Source: a virus (Duplodnaviria; Caudoviricetes). Taken from it: a stretch of 31,224 bases of DNA. Positions within the stretch are counted from its first letter, which is position 1. The number at the start of each line of letters is the position of its first letter. The notes under the pieces were generated by a model. The model saw nothing but the letters and a program-made list of their open reading frames with translations, searched no databases and was not told the DNA's origin. The stretch is from positions 1 to 31,224 of IMG/VR virus record IMGVR_UViG_3300036985_001915; one strand, 5' to 3'. Shown here in pieces: positions 14,909 to 23,606 of this stretch. The position numbers and the translations under genes are program-made.

Positions 14909-16386
14909 CAGTTATCGAGCTCGCTGATTTCAACGTAGGCACCCATGATCGTCAGGTTGACGGCTTCAGACAATTCGATCTCGAAGATGCGGTTCCGGCT
15001 GATGCCCAGCTGGTCGAAAACGCACCGCTTCATGGTCTGGCCGATCCGGCCAACTTCTTCAATGAGGAAGTCGGACCAGTTCTGCCCGCCGTCGTCGGAA
15101 TAACGCATTTTCAGCTGTGGGTTGGCGCCGGCCGCCACGGCCGTGCCGACACCGCCCTGCACGTCGACGATCAGGCTCCAGAAGTCCAGGAGCTTGTTCA
15201 TGTTGTGGACGATCTGGCACCGGCGCCGGCGAATCATCGCCTGGCCCGCGTCCTGGTATTCGTCCAGGTCCAGGTCCAGGTTCTGCGCATCGATCCTGGA
15301 GCCCACCACGTTTTTGTTGCCGAGCACCCCGTGGGAGCCAGCTCGCCAGCCCGTGCCGTCGAGCTGCTCGCGCGTCTCCCAGGCTTGCGCCTTGATGTTG
15401 TATATCAGCGTCGAGCTCGTGCGCGGATCCGCGCCCGTCGTGTCACTCAGCTGGAGGATGTAGAAAGACTTGCCGGCCTGTTTGTAGATGAATCCATAGG
15501 CGTCGGTCGGATCCGTCACGGTGGTCAGGAAGTCTTCCTGCTCGTCGCCGCTGATGGTCTGGCCGCTTTGCCCACGAATCTGGTACACGAACCGGCCGCC
15601 CTGGGGGGTGGTCGCCAGGAAGAAGATGCCGTCATCTCCTGAAGCCATCGACTGCGGCGCCAGCACGCCCACTTCCTGCGTGGCGGACAGGACGATCTGG
15701 TACGGGAAGTCGGGGTTGCCGGAGTTGTAATACGCCTGACTGGTTTCATCGCCGAAGATCCACAGCAGGGAATTGGCCTCGGCGAGCGCCAGCGCATTGT
15801 CTGGCGCCACCGATGCGGCGTCGAAGTCGAGCGCGTTCCAGCTGGTGGGGTTCTCCACGGCGCTGATGAAGAAGTTGTCTGTCAGCGCGTCGTTGACGAT
15901 GAAGTAGCCATCCAGGTACAGGATGAAAGTCGGCGAGCCGGCGCCGGTGTTGCCAGGGAAGTCCGGGTCCGCGATCTGCGTGAACGTGGTGCCGTCGTAG
16001 GTGTAGCCGTCCGTGCCGTCGACCAGCGCGATGTACTGCCGGCCGCGAGCGATCTGCACCCGCCCAGGGTTGGCGTTGAGCGTGCCGACGTTGATGTTCC
16101 CCGCGCTCTCGGTCTGCGCCACCAGCTTCGTGCCGTAGACGCCATAGAGTTCGTTCTCGGTGGCGGCCGCCCGTATCTTGCTGGCGACCATCTGGCTGGA
16201 GCGAACGGCGCCGTCGCCGCATGTCGCCCGCACCACCAGGCCGGGAACCGTCTCCAGCACGACCGGCGCCTTCGCGCCGGCGCCCTTGATGGCCTGCATG
16301 AAGTTCACAGTCGCCTGGTTGTTCACCATGACGGATCGAGACACTGCCTGCGGCCCGACGAATGGGATCTGGATTCGGCGCGCCAT
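14908..16386 (-). CDS. Tail hub / packaged-DNA stabilisation protein (P22 gp10-like)
   Basis: Start reassigned to ATG at 16386 (TAATG overlap with the fibre stop). Motifs YLDGYFIV, WNALDFDAA..PD, LWIFG, YSDDGGQNWS, LGISRNRIFEI are characteristic of the family. Confidence 0.85.
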   Translation of the reverse strand: MARRIQIPFVGPQAVSRSVMVNNQATVNFMQAIKGAGAKAPVVLETVPGLVVRATCGDGAVRSSQMVASKIRAAATENELYGVYGTKLVAQTESAGNINVGTLNANPGRVQIARGRQYIALVDGTDGYTYDGTTFTQIADPDFPGNTGAGSPTFILYLDGYFIVNDALTDNFFISAVENPTSWNALDFDAASVAPDNALALAEANSLLWIFGDETSQAYYNSGNPDFPYQIVLSATQEVGVLAPQSMASGDDGIFFLATTPQGGRFVYQIRGQSGQTISGDEQEDFLTTVTDPTDAYGFIYKQAGKSFYILQLSDTTGADPRTSSTLIYNIKAQAWETREQLDGTGWRAGSHGVLGNKNVVGSRIDAQNLDLDLDEYQDAGQAMIRRRRCQIVHNMNKLLDFWSLIVDVQGGVGTAVAAGANPQLKMRYSDDGGQNWSDFLIEEVGRIGQTMKRCVFDQLGISRNRIFEIELSEAVNLTIMGAYVEISELDN

Positions 16387-19181
16387 TATGCGATCTTCGT
16401 CAGCATGTACCAGCTGCCGGATCGTAGCGTGGTCCCTGTGGCATCGCTGGACCGCTGCGCCCACTGCAAGTCGCAGGCCGTGCCTGCGACATACGAGCCG
16501 TTGGTCACCAACATCAACTTTGCCTTCAGAATGGTTTGCACGTTTGCGACCAGGTTGCCGTTGCCGCTGTTTGCGTCCTCGACGTAGACGCTACCCACGG
16601 GGGTGGCGGTGACTGAGACGCTGCTGTAGATGGTGTGCCCCGCAATGGTGACGTTTCCCGCCTGGCCGTTGAAATCGAAGGTCCACTTGAAATCACCCGT
16701 GTCGACCGTGCTGAAGAATTCCAGAACTGAATCGAGGATATACGTCGAGCTCGGGAACAGCACCAGGCCGGCCAGCGTGGGGTCATCCGTTTCGGTGGTG
16801 GTCGACGTGCGGGTTGTGTCCGACGACTTGATGAGGCTCTGTACCATTGGCACCGCGTGGAAGGTGGTGCCACTGTCTGGCGAGAGCGCCAGCGCCTGGC
16901 GGATAGTCGACTGCCGCAGCCGCATGACTTCGACCGACGCGGCGGTTCCGTCTGGCGTGACCGCGAAGGCGATCCGGCCCGGCATGTCGCTCGCGCCTGG
17001 TGTGCCGTCCACGATGAACGAGATGCTACCCACAGACTGGAAAGCGGCGCCGTCCGAGCCGTAGGCGATGATCGCGCCGATGTTGTCGCCCGACTGGACG
17101 ATGGTGTGCGAGCCGACTGTGGCGTTGCGAGACTTACGGAACAGCAGTGCGGCCGGTTGCGTGTCAGCCGTGAACTGCGTGGCGCTCATCCAGCCCGATC
17201 CGACGGTGTTGCCTTGGATGGCAAAACCGGGATCGAAACCGCCCAACTGCGCTGGCACGACATAGACACCAGTCTTGGTGATGACAATCTGGCCGTTCTG
17301 GCTGATTCGCATCCGCTCGGTTGGCACGAGATCGGTGCCGACTGTTACCGTGGTCGCCGAGTCAGCAAAGAATTGGATCCCGCCAGGGATCGAACTAATG
17401 CCTATGCCCGCCTTCGCCAGTGCCGCGCCCCAGCTTGACGCCACTTGGTTCGCGTTCGCTGATCGCTTGTATCCCATGCCCAACCAGAGAGCCGCGCTCG
17501 ATGTCTGCCGAAAAAGGACGGCGAGCGCCTCTGTAGAGTTCTCCGAGAAGCCGATGTTCATGACAGTCGAAACGCCCAGTCCACCAGCGCCGGCGGTTGC
17601 GAGGCCGATCATCACGTTGCCGGCGTTGTCGATACGCACCCGTTCTGCCGGCGTGGTGGACCCGTCTGGCGTGGTGAAAAAAATCAGGCGGCCAGGCATG
17701 TCGCTGACGCCTGGTGTGCCGTCGACCGCGCCCTCGATGTAGCCCAGCGATTGCATCGTGGCGCCGTCTGAGCCACGGAAATCAAGCCGGCCCGCGACGT
17801 CGCCCGATTGGACGATCGTGTGACTGCCCTGGTTGGTGTTGCGCGACTTGCTCAAGAAGATGAAGGCCGGGTTGACGTCCGCCGAGTTCCGGGAGACAGC
17901 GACTCCATTGGAATCGGGAGCCATGACGGCGAGCGTCGGGATGCCGCCGCCGTAGGTGAATTGCGCGGAGTAGGCGCCCCCTGAGATGGTGATCTTGCCC
18001 GCGCTGTCGATCCTCATGCGCTCAGTCAGCGTCGCCGATCCATCCGGCACAGTGCGGAACAAAAGGCGACCGGGCATGTCATTGCCCGCGCCCGGCGTGC
18101 CGTCGACGACGCCCACGATGTCGGCGGCCGTGACGAAGATCGTGCCGTTGCTGCCGGCGAAGTTAAGCGAACCGAGCGCATCCCCGGCCTGAACGATGGT
18201 GTGCGATCCATAGGTCGCGTTACGCGACTTTTGCAGCGTTACACCGCCACCAAACGCAGTTGCGGAGTACAACGGGAAACCGGCCGCCCCTCTGCCGAGA
18301 CGCAGTTCGCCTGTGCCGTCTGGCTTGATCTCGATCACGCCGTTGAGGTTGGTCGAGATGATCTCGTTGTTCTGGATGGTGATGTTGTCGAACACCCCGG
18401 ACACCACGGCCGGGTAAAAGACGTTGACGCGATCGAACCAGGTGGATCCGCTGAATGGCACGCTCGGGTCGATGCCGATCAAGGCCAGCTTGGCGAAGCG
18501 TGCGAGCGCGGGAGGCGTGACGAGCAACTGGAGACTGGTCCAGACGCCGGCCGCCGTGGCCGTGCTGTTGTACGGGTCAGAGTTGGAAATCAGGACGAAG
18601 CTGGTGTCATACCACTGCACCCGGACTCGGTTGTTCGGCCCCAGGACGCTGCCCTGGATGTCGACGTACACCGTCAGGTCCGTCAGGTCCGTCACCGGGA
18701 AGAAATCGGTCGTGGTCAGCGAGCCGCCGCCGACACCCGTGGACGTGAACCGGAATGAGTTGGCGCCGTCCGTGCTCCTGGTCGTGTCGATGCCGTTGCT
18801 GCTGCCGGATTGCGCCACCTCGGTCCAGCCGTCGGGCACGTCGTTGGCGTCCGTGTCGAGCTCGAAGGATCCGTTGGGCACCAGGCCGCTGCCCTGGTCG
18901 ACACCCAGCGCGTCCGGGTTGGCATTGAGCTCGGTCAGCACCAGGTTGCCGTTGCGGTCGTAAACGAACATATCCACGTCGCGCGTGATCCAGATGTTCG
19001 CGCGGCCGGATCCGCTCAATGGCACGGGCTGCGCCAATGGCGTCACCAGGTCCGAGCCGTTGTAAGACGTGATGAAGGTGGTGGTGCCGGGTTCGTACAA
19101 ATAGACATTGCCGCCGGCGAGCGGCCGGCCCTGGCTGTTCTGCACCTGGCTTGCGGGTCGAATGATGTTGAGCAGGCCCAT
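16386..19181 (-). CDS. Tail fibre / receptor-binding protein with CBM-like domain and three internal repeats
   Basis: N-terminal GRPLAGGNVYLYEPGTTT..PVPLSGSGRA podovirus anchor. LVPNGSFE...WFDRV jelly-roll. Three KSRN..HTIVQ.GD...DGTPG..DMPGR..PDG..ER.RI repeats. Confidence 0.85.
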   Translation of the reverse strand: MGLLNIIRPASQVQNSQGRPLAGGNVYLYEPGTTTFITSYNGSDLVTPLAQPVPLSGSGRANIWITRDVDMFVYDRNGNLVLTELNANPDALGVDQGSGLVPNGSFELDTDANDVPDGWTEVAQSGSSNGIDTTRSTDGANSFRFTSTGVGGGSLTTTDFFPVTDLTDLTVYVDIQGSVLGPNNRVRVQWYDTSFVLISNSDPYNSTATAAGVWTSLQLLVTPPALARFAKLALIGIDPSVPFSGSTWFDRVNVFYPAVVSGVFDNITIQNNEIISTNLNGVIEIKPDGTGELRLGRGAAGFPLYSATAFGGGVTLQKSRNATYGSHTIVQAGDALGSLNFAGSNGTIFVTAADIVGVVDGTPGAGNDMPGRLLFRTVPDGSATLTERMRIDSAGKITISGGAYSAQFTYGGGIPTLAVMAPDSNGVAVSRNSADVNPAFIFLSKSRNTNQGSHTIVQSGDVAGRLDFRGSDGATMQSLGYIEGAVDGTPGVSDMPGRLIFFTTPDGSTTPAERVRIDNAGNVMIGLATAGAGGLGVSTVMNIGFSENSTEALAVLFRQTSSAALWLGMGYKRSANANQVASSWGAALAKAGIGISSIPGGIQFFADSATTVTVGTDLVPTERMRISQNGQIVITKTGVYVVPAQLGGFDPGFAIQGNTVGSGWMSATQFTADTQPAALLFRKSRNATVGSHTIVQSGDNIGAIIAYGSDGAAFQSVGSISFIVDGTPGASDMPGRIAFAVTPDGTAASVEVMRLRQSTIRQALALSPDSGTTFHAVPMVQSLIKSSDTTRTSTTTETDDPTLAGLVLFPSSTYILDSVLEFFSTVDTGDFKWTFDFNGQAGNVTIAGHTIYSSVSVTATPVGSVYVEDANSGNGNLVANVQTILKAKLMLVTNGSYVAGTACDLQWAQRSSDATGTTLRSGSWYMLTKIA

Positions 19182-20341
19182 TACTGGAAATCCCCCGTGG
19201 TGATACTGAAGCGGCCCTGGCGCGTGCGCAGACCTCCGTCCACGCCGAGCGTGTTCATCCGCATGGCGCCGGCTGCCAGGGTTTCCCAGGCGTCGTTCAT
19301 GATCTGCACCTGGCGCTGATTGAGACTCTTTCCGTACTCCCCCGACACAAGGTCAGCGAGCGCGTACCGCAACCACAGCATGGCTTCCGGGTTGAGATTG
19401 ATGTCGTCGGCCGGGTTCTCGATGACCAGGGAATTCGTCAGCACGTCCATGATGAGGATGTCGCCCGCACTGCCTGGTACGTTGAGGCGCAGCTCGCCAG
19501 CCTGTCCGGCGGAGCGCGAATAGAGAATGTTGTAAACGCGGCCCTGGACGGTGTTGCCACCGGCGCCCTTCACGGGCTGGCGGTTGTATTGCGCCTGGTC
19601 GATCACTCGGCACATGAAGTCGGTGCCCTGGCCGTCCGGGAGTTCGAGGCGCGGCTGGCCGCGCTCGATGATGGAGAGGAGGGTCATGGTGAAGTCGTCG
19701 GCGATGGTCGACACCACGCGAACATCGGGCACGGTGCCAGCTGGCCACACCACATCGAAGTCGTAGTTGCCGCTGGCGTCGAGGGTGTAGGACACGAACG
19801 CGGCGCCGTTGTTGCGCAGCTGCACCACGGCGCTGCCGGCATTCACGTCGATCGACATGCGGACGGTGTAGGTGCGGGTGCCGGAAAGGTTTGCGGCTGG
19901 CAGACTTTGCGTGGCCGTGCCGACTGCCGACTGCACCGCCAGCTCGTTGTCGGAGATCGTCATGCCGCCGGTCAGAATCCAGGTGCTGACATTGCCGAAG
20001 CGATACTCGCTCACCAGCTCGTTGTTGGTGATGACCGAGCCCATGCGGACATAAGCCGACTCGATGCCGATCGGCGCCGGGTCGCCCAGGAAGCCGCCGA
20101 AGGCGTCAGACCTGAAGTCGTACTGGCTGCCCGAGCCGTAGGTGTAGATGGCTCCCGTCTGGAGCGTGAAGAAGTGGCGCTTGATGCCAGGAACGAATTG
20201 CTTGCTGACCGCGTTGGTGTTCAGCAGCTCCTGGAGCGCGAGAAGTGCATTCGACTGGTCTTCAGACGCGAGGGTTGCCCCTCGGCCTGGTACGTTGATG
20301 AGGCGCAGAGCCCCCGCTATCAGTTCACTTGCTGTCGTCAT
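19181..20341 (-). CDS. Head-to-tail adaptor (P22 gp4-like) with inserted beta-sandwich domain
   Basis: MTTASELIAGALRLINV...ALLALQELL N-terminus and WLRYALADLVSGEYG C-terminus. Position after the coat gene. An alternative GTG start exists at 20362. Confidence 0.75.
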   Translation of the reverse strand: MTTASELIAGALRLINVPGRGATLASEDQSNALLALQELLNTNAVSKQFVPGIKRHFFTLQTGAIYTYGSGSQYDFRSDAFGGFLGDPAPIGIESAYVRMGSVITNNELVSEYRFGNVSTWILTGGMTISDNELAVQSAVGTATQSLPAANLSGTRTYTVRMSIDVNAGSAVVQLRNNGAAFVSYTLDASGNYDFDVVWPAGTVPDVRVVSTIADDFTMTLLSIIERGQPRLELPDGQGTDFMCRVIDQAQYNRQPVKGAGGNTVQGRVYNILYSRSAGQAGELRLNVPGSAGDILIMDVLTNSLVIENPADDINLNPEAMLWLRYALADLVSGEYGKSLNQRQVQIMNDAWETLAAGAMRMNTLGVDGGLRTRQGRFSITTGDFQ

Positions 20342-20495
20342 CGGTGGCCTTTTTCTTGCCACCTACTTTCGCCTTCAAGTTGGCGGGACTATCCGACCAT
20401 CCATCCTTCATGGCGGCCGCGATGGCGTCGGCGCCTGTAAAGATCCTGCCCTCTGGGCAGTCGGTCGAATACAAATACGATCGGGGTTCTGACAT
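20325..20495 (-). CDS. Small capsid-adjacent protein
   Basis: ATG at 20495 with AAGGA RBS. YLY..CPEGRIF...GWSDSP resembles short proteins that follow P22-like coat genes. Confidence 0.6.
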   Translation of the reverse strand: MSEPRSYLYSTDCPEGRIFTGADAIAAAMKDGWSDSPANLKAKVGGKKKATDDDSK

Positions 20496-20518
20496 GACTT
20501 TTCCTTCTGATTGTTGAT

Positions 20519-20539
20519 CGGCGCCCACCTCGGGCGCCG
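20519..20539 (-). terminator. GC-rich hairpin downstream of the coat gene (attenuator or stabiliser)
   Basis: CGGCGCCC-5 nt-GGGCGCCG, ~30 nt after the coat stop and extendable by TTGA/TCAA. No clear U-tract. Confidence 0.45.
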
Positions 20540-20566
20540 TCAATCCTATCAGCTGGTTGGCCACGG

Positions 20567-21793
20567 TTAACCCGTCAGCTGCACGCCCAGCTCGGGGTAG
20601 ATCGCCTTCACGCCATAGAGGATATCCAGGCGGATGATCTCGTTGTCGGTGTCGATGTCGTAGTCTTTGATGACTCGGATCGAGTACCCACGCCAGTCAG
20701 CGCGCGCCTTGAACACTGCGGAGTCTGGGAGCTCCAGGGGCACAGTGACCAATGCCAGCGCGTTCTGGTGGAAGCCCAGGTTGCGCGGATAGAGCACGGC
20801 GCTGGTGCCGACGATCGTGATGGCCGCGTTGTCCGCGGGCAGTGCGCTCACGTTCTGGTAGGACGCGGGGATACCCGTGCCGGAACCGTTGATGAGTGTC
20901 GGCGAGACGGTGGCGTTACCTGCACCAGCGGCGGTCGTCACGTCAGCCAGAACGACAAACTGCTTCAGCGTTGGCAGGGTTGCCTTGCTGATGTCGTTCA
21001 CGGCGAAAACGCCTGCAATCGTGAAGATGTCGCCCACGCGGAGAGCGCCGGCCTGCGCGCCCACCATGCCATCAAACGCGACCACGTTCGTGTTGTTCAC
21101 GAAGGCGGCGTTGTTGACCAGGGGTGCGCCGGTCCAGGTGCCGGTCGTGTGGGTGACGATGTTCTGGTCGCCATAGATGTCGAAGTTTGCGATCTGGCCG
21201 AGCCGGCCGCGACGAACCATGCCTTGCACGATGTCAGCGTTAAACACGCCGGCCGAGCCGGTGCCGCCCAGGCCGTTCGCCAATGCCCAGCGAGCCGCGG
21301 GGTTCAGCACCAGGCAGCGCATCCCGTCATCGGGCACGGGTACGTCATCCATACGCTGCGCCACGCCGCCCAGTGCGGCGAAGGTCGCTGGCGTGGTGCC
21401 AGGCGTTCCGGTCAGGTTGAAGAAGGTGTTCTTCCCTTCCAGGCACAACGATCGGTCGATGTCGTTCGCCAGGACGATCATGGCGGGCTTGATGTAACGC
21501 TCGGCATACTCCTCGATGGTCAGGGTCAGATCCTGAGTCGAGAAGTTCCAGGAGACGTGCTTGCGCTGGTTGACCACGATCGACGTGGTTGTTTCCACAA
21601 CGTCCTGGTTCACGCGGGTTGCGCCAGTCGAGACACTGAACTTCACCGGCTTGCGGATGGTCACGGTGTCGCCGATCTTGACGAATTCGTTCTTGTAGGT
21701 GCGATGCACCTTGTCGCCCATGATGACGTTGTTTTCCAGCTGGAAAAGCGCCTCTTTGGCGATGATGCTTGGGGTGATAAGGGTGTTTGCCAT
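20567..21793 (-). CDS. Major capsid protein, P22 coat-protein family
   Basis: MANTLITPSIIAKEALFQLENN..KIGDTVTIRKP..YIKPAM..LAN.ID..GDIFTIAGV..NLGFHQNALALVTVPL..RLDILYG. Confidence 0.95.
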   Translation of the reverse strand: MANTLITPSIIAKEALFQLENNVIMGDKVHRTYKNEFVKIGDTVTIRKPVKFSVSTGATRVNQDVVETTTSIVVNQRKHVSWNFSTQDLTLTIEEYAERYIKPAMIVLANDIDRSLCLEGKNTFFNLTGTPGTTPATFAALGGVAQRMDDVPVPDDGMRCLVLNPAARWALANGLGGTGSAGVFNADIVQGMVRRGRLGQIANFDIYGDQNIVTHTTGTWTGAPLVNNAAFVNNTNVVAFDGMVGAQAGALRVGDIFTIAGVFAVNDISKATLPTLKQFVVLADVTTAAGAGNATVSPTLINGSGTGIPASYQNVSALPADNAAITIVGTSAVLYPRNLGFHQNALALVTVPLELPDSAVFKARADWRGYSIRVIKDYDIDTDNEIIRLDILYGVKAIYPELGVQLTG

Positions 21794-21796
21794 GTT

Positions 21797-21832
21797 CTCG
21801 GGCTCCGTGTGGGAGCCCGATTCAGGCTCCCG
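21797..21832 (-). promoter_or_regulatory. Alternative hairpins overlapping the coat-gene RBS
   Basis: mRNA UAA-CGGGAGCCUGAAUCGGGCUCCCACACGGAGCCCGAGAAC-AUG. The middle arm can pair with either flank, and the 3' flank holds the GGAG SD. Confidence 0.6.
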
Positions 21833-22882
21833 TTATCGTGGGTAGATTCCGCGCTTTGCCATGTCCTGAGTCGCTCGCCAGGCGGCGTACTCGTCCGAGC
21901 TCATTGTCTCGGGGTTCTTGGATCCGGCTCCGCTTGTCCGTGTTCCGCTCGTCGGTGGTGTCGGTGCGCTGGTGGTGAACTTGCCGCCTTCGCCTCTCGG
22001 CTTGTCGGATTTCGCTCCAGGGTTTCCGCCATCACGTTGGTTTGCGTCATAGAGGGGGGCTGACGTGATTTCCGTGCCGTCATCCAGTTCGCCTGCTTTC
22101 GCCTGGCGCTTCAGCTCGACCAGAGCCTCGGACTTTGCCGCGGCGCTCATCTTGCTGATCTGGACACTCGTCTCGGGGAATTCGGTCAGGTGTGCGTAGA
22201 CCACGGCGCCATCGTTGCCGGCCGCCGCGATGAATCGCGCCATGTCGACATCGACTCGAACCTTGTCGCCAGCTGCTTTGATCTCCTCCCATCCGTCCCG
22301 GCCGTAAGTGGAGATCCCGGCTGCGTGGAATGAATCCAGGTCAGCTTGAGAGATCGGCGCCTCGGTTGGTCTGTGCTGGGTGGGGGTCTGGGGGTCGGAC
22401 GCTGGAGCCGGCTTCCTCTTGTCGAGGGCGGTTTCATACGTCTTCCACGCCGCCGCGAACTGCTCCTCGTTGGAATAATCCTGGAGTCTCGGCTTCTTCG
22501 GGATCGGGAGTGCGGCCTGTTTGGCGCTCTCCAGCTCCGCGTTGAGCCTGGCAATTTCGGCTTTGCTGGCCGCTTGTTCTGCCTGGATCGTCGCCGTCTG
22601 GTTCTTCAGTTCAGCGAGTTGTCGGGCAGTGTCGCGGTTTACACCTCTATTTCGTCTCCGCCGCCTGGGCTCTTTTTGCCCCGCGTCGTCTCCCGGTGCC
22701 GTGTCGGGTTCCTGGTCATCATCCAGGTCGTCACCCTTGTCAGGGTTCGGTTCGGCTGACGCGCGCTTCTTGGGTTCCTCGACAACGGGTGGACCGTCGG
22801 AGGTAACTACATGCTCATCCGGGGGACGCGGCCTGTCGGCCAGGGTCACCGCAGAGGGTTGATCGCTGCGTTCAGTTGCCAT
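21833..22882 (-). CDS. Capsid scaffolding protein
   Basis: Directly upstream of the coat gene. Acidic disordered N-terminus, coiled coil, KPRLQDY..E.F motif, C-terminal MSSDEYAAWR coat-binding-type helix. Confidence 0.85.
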   Translation of the reverse strand: MATERSDQPSAVTLADRPRPPDEHVVTSDGPPVVEEPKKRASAEPNPDKGDDLDDDQEPDTAPGDDAGQKEPRRRRRNRGVNRDTARQLAELKNQTATIQAEQAASKAEIARLNAELESAKQAALPIPKKPRLQDYSNEEQFAAAWKTYETALDKRKPAPASDPQTPTQHRPTEAPISQADLDSFHAAGISTYGRDGWEEIKAAGDKVRVDVDMARFIAAAGNDGAVVYAHLTEFPETSVQISKMSAAAKSEALVELKRQAKAGELDDGTEITSAPLYDANQRDGGNPGAKSDKPRGEGGKFTTSAPTPPTSGTRTSGAGSKNPETMSSDEYAAWRATQDMAKRGIYPR

Positions 22883-22884
22883 AA

Positions 22885-23112
22885 TTACGCCTCCTCCTTC
22901 ACGGAATCAAGCGGCGCCTCGGGAACATCGGGAACGATGACAGCCTTCGGGGGCTCGTCCGCGACTACGCGCGCGTGCTGGGTCAGACAGTTGAGGATCG
23001 GCTGCGCCTGGCGCCAGGGGAGCTCCTGGACCATGGTCACCATCTCGTTAAGCGCCTCGACCGACATGCGGACATGCCTGGCGACGGGTTGCTCGGGTGC
23101 TGCTTGTTGCAT
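22885..23112 (-). CDS. Hypothetical protein
   Basis: MQQAAPEQ...LNEMVTMVQELPWRQAQPIL. ATG at 23112 has an AAGGAAG RBS; an ATGA-coupled start at 23166 is also possible. Confidence 0.6.
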   Translation of the reverse strand: MQQAAPEQPVARHVRMSVEALNEMVTMVQELPWRQAQPILNCLTQHARVVADEPPKAVIVPDVPEAPLDSVKEEA

Positions 23113-23162
23113 CTTCGTCTTCCTTCTTCGGTGGTTGTGCTGTGCCCACTTGGGGCGCCTTC

Positions 23163-23597
23163 TCATCGGTTGAACAGTTCTATGTGCCCCCAGTCCATCA
23201 GCTTCTGGTCCTGGGTGCTGGCGTTGCGATTCCAATCTCCGCCCCAGGTCAGCTGCACGTCCATCTCGTCGCCAGCCGCCAGGATGACGCCGGCAATGGC
23301 GGCGAACAGGTGTGTGTCAGCCCAGGGAATGACGCCACCGGGTCCGATCGGCACGAAGTCGAAGGCGTGGGACGCGCGACGGCCGCCGTCCGTGACGTTG
23401 TGCTTTGATTTCGGCCATTGTTTGGTGCTCGTGCCCTTGGCGAACATGCCGTTCTGCTGCGCCTCATTGCGCCAGCCCCAGATGATGGAGAAGTCGTAAG
23501 GCGATCGCTTCAGGGCGACGTGCGCCACGGACGCCAGCGCCAGGTTGACGGTGTTCAGCTGCGCCAGGCTCTTGGCGCCGAAAACGAAGTTGCTCAT
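23163..23597 (-). CDS. Endolysin, peptidase M15 (L-Ala-D-Glu peptidase, T5-lysin-like)
   Basis: GWRNEAQQ..F.KG.S...SKHN...SHAFDF...WGGDW...DWGHIEL; Zn ligands H, D and H are present. Confidence 0.9.
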   Translation of the reverse strand: MSNFVFGAKSLAQLNTVNLALASVAHVALKRSPYDFSIIWGWRNEAQQNGMFAKGTSTKQWPKSKHNVTDGGRRASHAFDFVPIGPGGVIPWADTHLFAAIAGVILAAGDEMDVQLTWGGDWNRNASTQDQKLMDWGHIELFNR

Positions 23598-23606
23598 GGG
23601 TGTCCT

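Noticed and set aside
16386-19181. Diversity-generating retroelement acting on the tail fibre
   Set aside because: No reverse transcriptase in the window and no TR/VR pair differing only at adenines; the repeats are in-frame protein modules.
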